DNA of 43,296 nucleotides from positions 1 to 43,296 of the forward strand of contig JAENWZ010000001.1 in assembly GCA_016649795.1 (NCBI GenBank), read 5' to 3'. Shown piece by piece: positions 18,661 to 28,137 of this stretch (position 1 is its first letter; each line of letters begins with the position of its first letter). A program made the position numbers and the translations under genes. Source of the stretch: Proteiniphilum sp. (GTDB lineage: Bacteria > Bacteroidota > Bacteroidia > Bacteroidales > Dysgonomonadaceae). The notes under the pieces are model-generated. The model was not told the DNA's origin. It made no database searches and saw nothing but the letters and a program-made list of their open reading frames with translations.

Positions 18661-20013
18661 TTAGTCCTCAACAGGTAAGCTCTGAGGAGCTGTTTCTAGG
18701 GGTACATCATCATCGTCCAAAACAGAGATGTTGCGGTTTACGTTCTTCGAACCGATTACGGCATAATAGAAGAGGTAGGCAAGACCGATAAAGATTACCC
18801 AGTAACTGGCCATATAACTGGCCATATCAGCTACACCCCCCTGGATGGCAGGCAGGATGCCTCCACCACAGACAAGTACCATAAAGATGCCTGAAGCGGC
18901 AGCCGTATATTTCCCGAGTCCTTCCACGGCGAGGTTAAAGATACCACCCCACATGATAGAAGTACAGAGACCTACCAGCACGATATACATCGCATTGATG
19001 GGCACTTCAGCCATCCCGAATGAGAGGGCGCCTGCTGCTGAACGCTGCAGTACCGGCAGAGAGACCATGGTAGAAGTAGAAGAGAATATTGCCAGCAGTA
19101 TCAAGATCATACCCACAAAAGAGGCGGTGGTGAGCATCGCCTTGCTGGATATCTTACCACCGATAGAGGCACCTATCAGACGACCAATAAGCATCAGGAA
19201 CCAGTAGGTACCAGCCACAAAACCGGCGATGGTTTTTCCTACTTCAGGGTTGTCAGAAAGCCAGTAAAGCATCACATAGGGTGTTCCCACTTCCACGCCT
19301 ACATAAACAAAGATGGCGATGGCACCCAGCACAAAATGTCTGAATTTGAGTGCACCCGTCATCAGCTTTTTCAGTGACTCTTTGGTTTTTGTCACATATG
19401 GTTCAGGAATTTTTACGGCAAGTAATACAAAGAATACAAGTGCAAATACACCCATAGCGATGTACATCACCGGGAATACATCCTTGATATTTGCTTTGGT
19501 GGCTTCACCAATAAGGATACCCACAAAAGCAGGGGTGAAAGTAGCCATCACAGAGTTGAAGGATCCCCCCACCTGGATAAGCTGATTTCCTTTGTTACCA
19601 CCGCCGCCTAACGTATTCAACATAGGGTTCACAACGATATTGAGAAGACACATTGAGAAACCGGCAACAAATGCTCCGAGCAGATAAACACCAAAGGCAA
19701 CATTTTGAGCCGAATGGCCGGAGAGATATTGAATAGAGATACCTAAAAACCCAATGGCTACCGCAATGAGTGCTGTTTTTTTATACCCCACACGTTGCAA
19801 CAGGATACCACCCGGTATTCCCATAACGGCATAAGCAATAAAGTTTGCAGCATTTCCCAGTAAACCCTGGAAATTGGAAGCTCCGAATTGTTCTTTAAGT
19901 ACTTGTCCCATTGGTGCTGCCAGATTGGTCACAAATGAGATCATTCCGAAAAGTGCAATCATCATGATGATAGGCACTATTCGATTCGCTTTCTGATCAG
20001 TAGTTGTATTCAT
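18661..20013 (-). CDS. FucP/GluP-type MFS sugar (probably galactose/glucose) transporter
   Basis: Multi-TM protein with IFVYVGVEVG and SIMWGGIFNLA; lies between galM and galK. Confidence 0.85.
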   Translation of the reverse strand: MNTTTDQKANRIVPIIMMIALFGMISFVTNLAAPMGQVLKEQFGASNFQGLLGNAANFIAYAVMGIPGGILLQRVGYKKTALIAVAIGFLGISIQYLSGHSAQNVAFGVYLLGAFVAGFSMCLLNIVVNPMLNTLGGGGNKGNQLIQVGGSFNSVMATFTPAFVGILIGEATKANIKDVFPVMYIAMGVFALVFFVLLAVKIPEPYVTKTKESLKKLMTGALKFRHFVLGAIAIFVYVGVEVGTPYVMLYWLSDNPEVGKTIAGFVAGTYWFLMLIGRLIGASIGGKISSKAMLTTASFVGMILILLAIFSSTSTMVSLPVLQRSAAGALSFGMAEVPINAMYIVLVGLCTSIMWGGIFNLAVEGLGKYTAAASGIFMVLVCGGGILPAIQGGVADMASYMASYWVIFIGLAYLFYYAVIGSKNVNRNISVLDDDDVPLETAPQSLPVED

Positions 20014-20069
20014 TCTTTTTTTAATTTATTAATTAGTAAATCCTATATTATAAATAAAACATTCCTATG

Positions 20070-21143
20070 TTATACTGAAAACTTGTAGGTTGTTCTCGAG
20101 TTGAACAGCTCTTCAGGACGTAAGATGATTGTTGGGAATTGTGGTTTGTTGATGCTGTCGGGATAATGCTGTGTCTCAAAGCAGACAGCCGATCGACGGG
20201 GATAACGGTTGCCCTCTTTGGCGGCAAAATTACCGGTCATCCAGTTACCTGTGTAGACCTGCACACCGGGTTCAGTGGTGAACATCTCCATCTTTATCCC
20301 TGTTTTAGGGGATTCACAAATACCCACGTAGGAATATTCATCATCCGCGTTCTTATTCAGAACGAAAGTATGATCGTAACCATTTCCAAATCTCAACTGC
20401 TCAAAATCGTCATTGATCCGTTCACCGATTGTGTGTGGCTCAGTGAAATCCATCGGTGTACCTTTCACCGACACTGCTTTACCATAAGGAATGGCCGTTT
20501 CGTCGGTAGGCAGATAACTGTCCGCATTAAGCATGAGCAGATGATCACCAATATATTCATCTCCGTTTCCCGAGAGATTGAAATAGGAATGATTCGTGAG
20601 ATTAAGAATGGTGGTTTTATCCGTTGTCGCACTGTAGTGAATATCTAAAGCATTGTCTTCTGTGAGCGTATAGGTTAAGGTCACCGAGAGATTACCGGGA
20701 AAGCCCTCCTCCCCGTCCTCAGAGAGATAGAACAACTCGATGCTGGTGTCGGTCACCTTCTTCACCTCCCACACCATGGCATTGAATCCTTTGATGCCTC
20801 CGTGAAGAGAGTTAGGTCCGTTGTTCCAGGCTAGTTTGTACTCTTCGCCATCCAGGGTAAAGCGGCCATTGGCTATCCGGTTTCCCGTTCTGCCGCATAT
20901 CGCGCCGAAATAGGGCTCTTCCGATGTCAGGTAGTCGTCGATGGAGGGATGTCCCAACACAACATCTGTCATAGTTCCGTTTTTGTCGGATACCATTAAC
21001 GATACGATCTTTGCTCCGTAATTTGTAATTGTGACTTCGCTTCCAACTTTGTTTGTCAAAGTGTATAACCCGGTTTGCTTGCCATCTACTATTTTTTCAA
21101 AAGCTCCGACCAGCAAACCGGACTTGCTATACATTTCATTCAT
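20070..21143 (-). CDS. galM: Aldose 1-epimerase (galactose mutarotase)
   Basis: GRTGNRIA, NSLHGG, NLTNHSYFNL, GYDH, CFETQHYPD. Confidence 0.94.
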   Translation of the reverse strand: MNEMYSKSGLLVGAFEKIVDGKQTGLYTLTNKVGSEVTITNYGAKIVSLMVSDKNGTMTDVVLGHPSIDDYLTSEEPYFGAICGRTGNRIANGRFTLDGEEYKLAWNNGPNSLHGGIKGFNAMVWEVKKVTDTSIELFYLSEDGEEGFPGNLSVTLTYTLTEDNALDIHYSATTDKTTILNLTNHSYFNLSGNGDEYIGDHLLMLNADSYLPTDETAIPYGKAVSVKGTPMDFTEPHTIGERINDDFEQLRFGNGYDHTFVLNKNADDEYSYVGICESPKTGIKMEMFTTEPGVQVYTGNWMTGNFAAKEGNRYPRRSAVCFETQHYPDSINKPQFPTIILRPEELFNSRTTYKFSV

Positions 21144-21200
21144 CTGATTTCCCTGGTTTAATTTAAGATATTAATGAAGATTGATCTCTTTATTAAATTG

Positions 21201-21215
21201 GTGTAAAATTAACAC
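21201..21215. promoter_or_regulatory. Candidate NrtR-family operator GTGT-N7-ACAC upstream of galM
   Basis: GTGTAAAATTAACAC fits the GT-N7-AC palindrome of NrtR-family sites and abuts a degenerate -7 box (TAATTCTG, - strand, 21215-21222). Confidence 0.65.
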
Positions 21216-21342
21216 AGAATTAAGTTATCACCTAATAAAATTTTGTGTTTTATAACATAAATGCTATTAATTAACATTCAATTTTATCTATAACACAAAG
21301 AGAAAATGACGCTCCATCTACATCTTTTTGATTTATTACTAT

Positions 21343-22656
21343 TTAAATTACTATTTCGCCTGTTTCTTTACTCTTTTTCGTAACCAGAACTTTATCTATT
21401 CTGTTTCCATCAACATCAATGATCTCGAAACGGAGATTATCGTATTCAAATTTGTCGCCTACACAGGGGATCTTATTAATGCAAGCAAACACAAAACCGG
21501 CAACTGTTGAATAATCAATTTTGTCGAAATCGATAATAAAATCCTCATCGAGCTGGGTCAGCATCTCTATGGGTGCTTCTCCGCTTACCAGTGCCGATTG
21601 ATCGTCGCGTATGAAGATGAGTGGGTCGGCACCTTCATCATCTGTCTCTTCAGGAATGGCACCTACAAGATTTTCAAATATATCGTGAATGGTGATGATG
21701 CCGTCGAGGCTACCATACTCATCTACCACAACAGCCACAAATTTATGGTTGTTTTTAAAATTCTCGAGTACTTTTTGTGCGCGAAGAGTGTTGGGTACGA
21801 TGATTGGCTCCAGTAGGAGCTCTTCGATCTTAAACGGTTCATTATTGTTTAGCCGTAATAAAAAATCTCTCATGGAGATAGTGCCTACAAACTCATCAAT
21901 CTTCTTCCTGCAGGCAAGAATTTTGCTGTGTTTGGTCTGCAGCAGATCGTGAATAATATCCTCTCTGCTTTTTTCAATATCCACCCACTCCACATCAGTA
22001 CGGTGTGTCATAAGGTGAATGGCTCGCTTATCAGAAAAATAAAAAACCTGTTCGTGGATAATGTTCTCTTCCGCATCGATCACCCCCTCATGAGAGGCTG
22101 TTTTCAACATGGCACGCAATTCCATTTCCGATATCACTTCGTCTTTGGGTTTCAACCCGATCATCCTGTTGACAAAGTTCGTAGAGAATGCCAGCAATTT
22201 CACGAACGGATAGAAGATGATGCTCACTACATGGATGGTTGGTGCTACGGCAACAGCCATCTTTTCGGCATTGTTCAACGCAATCGTTTTTGGTACCAGC
22301 TCTCCTATCACAATGGAGACGTAGGTGATAAGAAATACAACAATCACCATGGAGATGGCTTCAGCAAAAGGTGCTGTCGCAGCGTACTGATCAAAGAAAG
22401 GTACAAGATGGACTGCAAATGCCTGTCCACCGTAGGCTCCGTTGATAATTCCAATCAAGGTAATCCCCACCTGCACGGAGGAAAGAAAGTTATCAGGATC
22501 AGACCGCAACATCAGTGCGCGCTTAGCACCCTTTTTACCTTTCTTGCGCTCTGACTCCAGTTTGTTTTTCCTTGCCGAAACAATCGCTATCTCCGAAAGC
22601 GCAAAAAAACCGTTGAGAAGTATAAGAAAAAGAACAATGATGAAATCAATCCACAT
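21343..22656 (-). CDS. HlyC/CorC family (CNNM + CBS pair + CorC) membrane protein
   Basis: LNGFFALSEIAIVS, VQVGITL, IGELVPK, VVVDEYG, DYSTVAGF, DGNRIDKV. Confidence 0.9.
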   Translation of the reverse strand: MWIDFIIVLFLILLNGFFALSEIAIVSARKNKLESERKKGKKGAKRALMLRSDPDNFLSSVQVGITLIGIINGAYGGQAFAVHLVPFFDQYAATAPFAEAISMVIVVFLITYVSIVIGELVPKTIALNNAEKMAVAVAPTIHVVSIIFYPFVKLLAFSTNFVNRMIGLKPKDEVISEMELRAMLKTASHEGVIDAEENIIHEQVFYFSDKRAIHLMTHRTDVEWVDIEKSREDIIHDLLQTKHSKILACRKKIDEFVGTISMRDFLLRLNNNEPFKIEELLLEPIIVPNTLRAQKVLENFKNNHKFVAVVVDEYGSLDGIITIHDIFENLVGAIPEETDDEGADPLIFIRDDQSALVSGEAPIEMLTQLDEDFIIDFDKIDYSTVAGFVFACINKIPCVGDKFEYDNLRFEIIDVDGNRIDKVLVTKKSKETGEIVI

Positions 22657-22692
22657 AATCGGTCTGTTGGATGAAAAAAATCCCCTGATATG

Positions 22693-23595
22693 TTACCACA
22701 ATGGAGAGGGATAAACACCACTGACTGCCAGGTTCTTCAGTTTGGCAACTACTTCGGGACGATCTTCGGCATAGGTCACACCAAACCATTTCGAAGGTGT
22801 ATCCAGGACTTTCACGGTAACGGTACCACTCACGGTGAGCTGATTCACCAGCAATGGAATGAAAAACTCAGCCTTGAGATTATCTGCATTTTCTTCCAGG
22901 AACTTCACGAAGAAATCATCAGAATAGCTGAAATAGTCGGGAGTAAAACCCCACATATTCATAGAGACAGGGGCGTGGTCATCAATAGCCACCCACCGGT
23001 CGTTCTCCTCTTTGTAGCTCACATCACCATCCACACGCATCACCTGTGTACGTTCCACCACGCCGGTGAGGTTCCCGTTTGCGTCGGTCTCGCACACACC
23101 GCGCGCCACCATACCGCTTTCAGACAACGTGTTACCAACACGATAACCAACCATACAGTATCTGTTTTCGCTCTTCTCCAGGGTTGATAAAAAATCGGCC
23201 AGCACCTTGAAGCTCTCACGTCCGTAAAAATCATCGGCATTAATCACCGCAAAAGGTTCATGAATCACCTCTTTCCCCATCATGACGGCGTGATTGGTAC
23301 CCCACGGCTTCACTCTTTCGGGGTGTGGGGTGAAACCTTTGGGAAGCATCTCCGGCTCCTGAAATACCAGTTCAACAGGTATCTTTCTCTCGTACTTTTT
23401 AACGATCTTTTCTCTAAAGTCTTCTTCAAACGATTTGCGGATCACAAAGACCAGCTTTCCAAAGCCTGCATTTACCGCGTCGTAAATGGAGTAATCCATA
23501 ATGGTCTCACCGCTTGGGCCGAGACCATCCAATTGTTTCAATCCGCCATAACGGCTTCCCATACCCGCTGCCAGTACAAATAAAGTAGGTTTCAT
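22693..23595 (-). CDS. Sugar-1-phosphate nucleotidyltransferase (NTP_transferase family)
   Basis: LAAGMGSRYGGLKQ, KPWGTNHA, INADDFYG, WFGVTY. Confidence 0.85.
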   Translation of the reverse strand: MKPTLFVLAAGMGSRYGGLKQLDGLGPSGETIMDYSIYDAVNAGFGKLVFVIRKSFEEDFREKIVKKYERKIPVELVFQEPEMLPKGFTPHPERVKPWGTNHAVMMGKEVIHEPFAVINADDFYGRESFKVLADFLSTLEKSENRYCMVGYRVGNTLSESGMVARGVCETDANGNLTGVVERTQVMRVDGDVSYKEENDRWVAIDDHAPVSMNMWGFTPDYFSYSDDFFVKFLEENADNLKAEFFIPLLVNQLTVSGTVTVKVLDTPSKWFGVTYAEDRPEVVAKLKNLAVSGVYPSPLW

Positions 23596-23667
23596 ACGAT
23601 TATCTTAATTTTTTGCGTTCATGCTCGTTTCAACGTGTTAGCACAAAAATGATTTTTGTTTGTTCCC

Positions 23668-23675
23668 CAAATGTA
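23668..23675 (-). promoter_or_regulatory. -7 box (TACATTTG) for the nucleotidyltransferase
   Basis: CAAATGTA on the + strand. Confidence 0.5.
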
Positions 23676-23770
23676 AGATTTTTATACAAATCGGGGAAAT
23701 GAAAATTCAAAAAAATCCATATTATCATTTTTTGATTTTTAATAGCATAGCCCGTTTCACACTAAAATGA

Positions 23771-23778
23771 TATCTTTG
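23771..23778 (+). promoter_or_regulatory. -7 box (TATCTTTG) for arfB
   Basis: Exact TAnnTTTG about 27 bp upstream of the ATG. Confidence 0.6.
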
Positions 23779-23804
23779 CATCCCTACAATCACACGAAAC
23801 TGAT

Positions 23805-24215
23805 ATGAAAGAGGCATACAACAAATTGGTCGGTGAATGCTCCTTCACCACTACCCGAAGCAGTGGCAGCGGAGGACAGAATGTGAACAAGGTGGAGACC
23901 CGGGTGACTCTGTTGTTTGATATACTGCATTCGCAGATGCTCACCGAAGAACAAAAAGAAGTGCTTGGAGATAAGCTGAAAAACAGAATCAGTAAAGAGG
24001 GAATATTACAGCTCTCAAGTGAGGCCGAGAGAAGTCAATCGATGAACAAAAAAGCTGTGATCAACAAATTTACAACCCTCATTGAAAGAGCACTACAACC
24101 GGTAAAAAAGAGAAAAGCCACAAAACCCTCCATGGCATCTATCAAAAAACGACTGGAAAGGAAAAAACAGCTGAGCGAAAAGAAAAGAATACGCGGGGGA
24201 AAGATTGATATGTAA
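23805..24215 (+). CDS. arfB: Alternative ribosome rescue peptidyl-tRNA hydrolase ArfB
   Basis: SSGSGGQNVNKVET (GGQ motif), RSQSMNK, basic tail RKATKPS...KKRLERKK. Confidence 0.93.
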   Translation: MKEAYNKLVGECSFTTTRSSGSGGQNVNKVETRVTLLFDILHSQMLTEEQKEVLGDKLKNRISKEGILQLSSEAERSQSMNKKAVINKFTTLIERALQPVKKRKATKPSMASIKKRLERKKQLSEKKRIRGGKIDM

Positions 24216-24225
24216 CTTCCGCCAG

Positions 24226-24912
24226 TCAGTCTGATTGTTTATTTAACGCTTCAAAAGCACGCCATAAATTCTCTTCCGGCAGTGGTGCTGTCACCTCTAT
24301 TTTCTCTTTCGAAACCGGATGAATAAAGGAGATAGTACGTGCGTGCAGGCTGATGCTGCCATCGGGATTGGAGCGCTCTGCACCATATTTCAGATCACCT
24401 TTAATCGGGCACCCTATTTTGGCCAGCTGACAGCGTATCTGATGATGACGTCCTGTCTCCAGGTCGATCTCCAGCAGGAAATATTTTTGTGAGGCACTGA
24501 TCAGCTTGTAATGCAACACAGCTTTCTTTGTGTGGGGTTTTTCAATCTCGTATGCCGTTGACTTGTTGTTTTTTTCATTTTTAATCAGATAATGGGTTAA
24601 TTTGTCCTCATCCTTTTCCGGTCTGTTTTTCACCACTGCCCAGTATGTTTTATCCACTTCCCCGTTACGGAACATATCGTTGAGGCGCGAGAGTGCTTTG
24701 CTTGTCTTGGCAAACACCACCACCCCACTCGTTGGCCGGTCGAGACGATGGGTTACACCACAAAACACATTACCCGGCTTGTTGTACTTCTCTTTCAGGT
24801 ACTCCTTTATAATCTCCGACAAAGGTTTATCGCCTGTTTTATCACCCTGCACAATCTCGGAAGGTGCTTTGTTGACAATAATAAGATGGTTGTCCTCGTG
24901 TAAAATTTTCAT
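24226..24912 (-). CDS. RluA-family pseudouridine synthase
   Basis: HRLDRPTSG, TGRHHQIR, GDLKYG, LHA. Confidence 0.92.
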   Translation of the reverse strand: MKILHEDNHLIIVNKAPSEIVQGDKTGDKPLSEIIKEYLKEKYNKPGNVFCGVTHRLDRPTSGVVVFAKTSKALSRLNDMFRNGEVDKTYWAVVKNRPEKDEDKLTHYLIKNEKNNKSTAYEIEKPHTKKAVLHYKLISASQKYFLLEIDLETGRHHQIRCQLAKIGCPIKGDLKYGAERSNPDGSISLHARTISFIHPVSKEKIEVTAPLPEENLWRAFEALNKQSD

Positions 24913-24945
24913 TGCTTACCAGGATGAAGTGTCATCAATACCCAA

Positions 24946-25692
24946 TCAGGTATTCATCCCGCCACAGACGTTGATCACTTGCCCGCTGACATACGAAGAG
25001 AGATCCGATGCAAGGAAAAGAGCTGCATTCGCAACATCCTCCGGTGTACCTCCACGCCTCAGTGGGATTTGTTTTGTCCACTCATTGCGCACCTCTTCCG
25101 AGAGAGCACCGGTCATTTCGGTAATGATAAATCCGGGAGCGATGGCATTGGCGCGAACACCTCTCGAACCAAGCTCTTTGGCGACCGATTTAGCAAGGCC
25201 AATCATCCCTGCTTTCGATGCAGAATAGTTTGCCTGACCGGCATTTCCCGATACACCCACAACAGAGCTCATGTTCACTATGCTTCCCGATCTCTGGCGC
25301 ATCATCACGGGCGTAACCGCGTGAATAAAGTTAAAAGCTGATTTCAGGTTCACGTTGATCACAGCATCCCATTGCTGTTCACTCATCCTCATCATCAAAC
25401 CATCTTTGGTGATTCCCGCATTATTTACCAGTATATCAATCCGTCCGAAATCATTCATAATCTCCTCCACCACCTTGTGTGTCTCATCAAAATTGGCAGC
25501 ATTAGAGGCATAACCTTTGCATTTCACGCCCATAGCGGTGATCTCCTGCTCAGTTGCTTCACCCGCTTCATCTATCGATAAATCTGTGAACGCGATGTTT
25601 GCCCCTTCCGATGCAAATTTCAGCGCGATAGCTTTTCCAATTCCACGTGCAGCGCCGGTGATAACCGCTGTTTTTCCTTCTAATAGTTTCAT
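24946..25692 (-). CDS. fabG: 3-oxoacyl-ACP reductase
   Basis: TGAARGIG, NNAGITKD, NAGQANYSASK, APGFIITEMT. Confidence 0.93.
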   Translation of the reverse strand: MKLLEGKTAVITGAARGIGKAIALKFASEGANIAFTDLSIDEAGEATEQEITAMGVKCKGYASNAANFDETHKVVEEIMNDFGRIDILVNNAGITKDGLMMRMSEQQWDAVINVNLKSAFNFIHAVTPVMMRQRSGSIVNMSSVVGVSGNAGQANYSASKAGMIGLAKSVAKELGSRGVRANAIAPGFIITEMTGALSEEVRNEWTKQIPLRRGGTPEDVANAALFLASDLSSYVSGQVINVCGGMNT

Positions 25693-25712
25693 ATGATCTG
25701 TTTTAAAAATAG

Positions 25713-26303
25713 CTACTTGGTATATAATCCTTTCAATAGGATGTTGGATATTATATCCCTGTCTTCTTTCTGATTATAATCGAGCTTCATCGCACCCCGG
25801 ATGGTTGGCACCTCCAGTCCCTTGAAGGCGTAATGCAATATTTCAGCCGTCTGTCTGGCATCACTCAAATGGAAGATATTCTTTTCGCATCCATCCTGAA
25901 TGATCGTTTCCAGATAATTGATCTCTTTCCTGTCGAACTCTTTACGTACATTCTCCACCTGCCAGATATCTCTAAAGAAATCTGCCCGCAGGTTCCCGTT
26001 TCGCGTGACAACCTCTTTGATGGCACCCAAACGGGTGAATGCCATTAAAATTAATTTATCATCAGCGGGGATATCACGTTTGCTCACCTCATCCAGTTTA
26101 CTGTAGAGGACGTTAAGCTCCGATTCAATCACAGCTTTGAAAATGTCATTCTTACTGTTGAAATAGGTGTATAAAGTCCTCCTGCCACGATGCGACGCCT
26201 CTGCAATATCGTTCATGGTTGTATTCTCGACACCTTTTTTCGCGAAAAGCTGCCGGGCTACATCTATTAAATTCTTCTTTGTCTTAGAGATCGTTTCTGT
26301 CAC
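25713..26303 (-). CDS. TetR/AcrR family regulator
   Basis: ARQLFAKKGVENTTMNDIAEASHRGRRTLYTYF HTH; GTG start. Confidence 0.9.
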   Translation of the reverse strand: MTETISKTKKNLIDVARQLFAKKGVENTTMNDIAEASHRGRRTLYTYFNSKNDIFKAVIESELNVLYSKLDEVSKRDIPADDKLILMAFTRLGAIKEVVTRNGNLRADFFRDIWQVENVRKEFDRKEINYLETIIQDGCEKNIFHLSDARQTAEILHYAFKGLEVPTIRGAMKLDYNQKEDRDIISNILLKGLYTK

Positions 26304-26309
26304 TTTACC

Positions 26310-26340
26310 TGCACATTTTCAATATATATGTGCAAAAATA
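26310..26340 (-). promoter_or_regulatory. -7 box (TATTTTTG, 26333-26340) overlapped by a TGCACAT-N11-ATGTGCA palindrome
   Basis: 7-bp perfect inverted repeat at 26310-26316 / 26328-26334, directly upstream of the TetR start. Confidence 0.6.
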
Positions 26341-26430
26341 AAACAAAGATTTCATATATCGAAAGTAATTGCCATAAAAAATGAAAGTGACTTGCCGAAA
26401 ACAGGATGAAAGACAAGAAAATGGTGACCC

Positions 26431-27009
26431 TTATTTCTCTATTTTCTGCATCAGTGCTGCAGCCTCACACACCTCCTGATACCACTTCTCACCAAACCTC
26501 CTTATCAAAGGCTCTCTCAAAAAACGGTAGAGTGGCAATCCCATTTTTCGTCCCAGTTCAATAGCAGGTTTACATACCGACCAGCGGTGATAGTTCACCG
26601 CCGTAAAATCAGCGTACTCCGTCAGCCTGATCGGGTAGAGATGGCAGGATACAGGCTTCTGCACGTCAGTTCGTCCTTCTCTGAAAGCAGTGTCAATAGC
26701 GCATCTGCACACACCATCGGCATCGAACCATGTGAAAACACACTCTTCCCCGTTAATGATGGAGGTAACCAGCTCACCGTCGTAGTCAGTATAGGCTATA
26801 CCTTGTTCGCTGATCAGTTCCTGCGCTTTGGGTGAGAGCTCCTTCCAGAGAACCGGCAGGATCTTTTTTATCTGTTCAAACTCTTCCTGTGTGAGTGGCG
26901 CTCCCGATTCACCGTCAACGCAACACTGGCCTTTGCATTTACAGAGGTCACATATAAATTGTTCCTCAAATAGTTCGTCTGAAACTAACGTTTGCTGTAT
27001 CTGTATCAT
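26431..27009 (-). CDS. DUF3109 family Cys-rich protein
   Basis: Start moved to MIQIQQTLVS (27009); CDLCKCKGQCCVDG, KPVSCHLYPIR, LIRRFGEKWY. Confidence 0.82.
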   Translation of the reverse strand: MIQIQQTLVSDELFEEQFICDLCKCKGQCCVDGESGAPLTQEEFEQIKKILPVLWKELSPKAQELISEQGIAYTDYDGELVTSIINGEECVFTWFDADGVCRCAIDTAFREGRTDVQKPVSCHLYPIRLTEYADFTAVNYHRWSVCKPAIELGRKMGLPLYRFLREPLIRRFGEKWYQEVCEAAALMQKIEK

Positions 27010-27013
27010 ATTA

Positions 27014-27916
27014 TTAAACAGAAATATCTGTCCGTTGTGTCGTTTTAGCAGTTTTTTTATAATAGATCCAAAACAGAAGAAATGTAAGCAGAGCACTTGC
27101 GACTGCTCCGGCAACGAAAGGGAGGGTTATTGGCATATCCTCCATACTTTTGTACCATCCGGCATCTCTCCAGATGTAATTTATCACCAGCACCGTGGCA
27201 TTATTAATGAAATGGAAGATGATGGGTATCCATAGGTTCCCTGTGTAGAGAAACAGATAGCCGAGCAATGCGCCGAGAAAAAGTCTGGGCATAAAACCAT
27301 AAAACTGAAAGTGTACCATACTGAAGATCAATGCCGATACCCATACGGCGGCATGCCCGTTACGGAACTTCTCCTGCAGGAACTGTTGCAGCGCCCCGCG
27401 GAAAAAAAGTTCTTCAGAGAGAGCTGCGAAACCCGCTACTATCAGCAGGTTTAAAAGCAGCCCACCTATTGTATCGACAGATAACAGGAGATCAGTGGTC
27501 TCCAGTGCCGCATCTTCCATAGAGCGTATCGTCTGTTCAATGCCGCTCATCGATTGCGGTAACACTATTCCTCTGTTCCATTGTGAAAGGAATGAAGCAA
27601 AAAGAGAGGAAAAGAGAAACAGCAACAGCGCAAAAATCACATTCTCTGTCATCTTTCTGCTCTTTTCTATCTTCAGATAGTGCATTGGTGCGGGATGAGT
27701 CAGGGCAGCCACTAATAACGCAGGTAATGCAACGGCGAAGGCCGATTGTATAGCCGAACCCATATATATCGAAACCCGTTCACCGCCATTGCTCAGACCT
27801 GGTATCATTAAAATAAACGGGATAAGAATCCCGGCTGTGATTAACCCGATCAGTAAAAACAGAAACAGATAAGCAATTTTGGTGCCTGGTGTTGCTGATG
27901 TCAGAATTTGTCGCAT
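27014..27916 (-). CDS. CPBP/Abi (CAAX-like) intramembrane protease
   Basis: EELFFRG, FSMVH, HFINN. Start moved to MRQIL (27916), downstream of a -7 box at 27935-27942. Confidence 0.88.
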   Translation of the reverse strand: MRQILTSATPGTKIAYLFLFLLIGLITAGILIPFILMIPGLSNGGERVSIYMGSAIQSAFAVALPALLVAALTHPAPMHYLKIEKSRKMTENVIFALLLFLFSSLFASFLSQWNRGIVLPQSMSGIEQTIRSMEDAALETTDLLLSVDTIGGLLLNLLIVAGFAALSEELFFRGALQQFLQEKFRNGHAAVWVSALIFSMVHFQFYGFMPRLFLGALLGYLFLYTGNLWIPIIFHFINNATVLVINYIWRDAGWYKSMEDMPITLPFVAGAVASALLTFLLFWIYYKKTAKTTQRTDISV

Positions 27917-28037
27917 TTCTTCTGTTTTGAAGTGCAAAGATAGCAGAAATTTTGCGATTGAGGTAAAGGTTATCCTGTTTACCAATCGTTCGTCAGATCA
28001 GTTGGTGATGGTTACAATGAGATAGATGGGATATTTC

Positions 28038-28068
28038 TTTGCAAATTGAAAGAATAACACTAATTTTG
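28038..28068 (+). promoter_or_regulatory. Bacteroidetes housekeeping promoter for tig: -33 TTTG and -7 TAATTTTG
   Basis: TTTG at 28038-28041, 19-nt spacer, TAATTTTG at 28061-28068. Confidence 0.7.
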
Positions 28069-28137
28069 CACTCTTATTTCAAAAATATTTCAATCAGTTG
28101 AAATATACCCACTTTCAACAAAAAATCATTCATTCAA

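Noticed and set aside
21343-22656. Hemolysin toxin
   Set aside because: The CNNM-CBS-CorC architecture indicates Mg2+/metal homeostasis; the hemolysin label is a legacy annotation.
27014-27916. Abi-domain gene as phage defence
   Set aside because: CPBP proteases are common housekeeping membrane proteins and there is no defence-island context.
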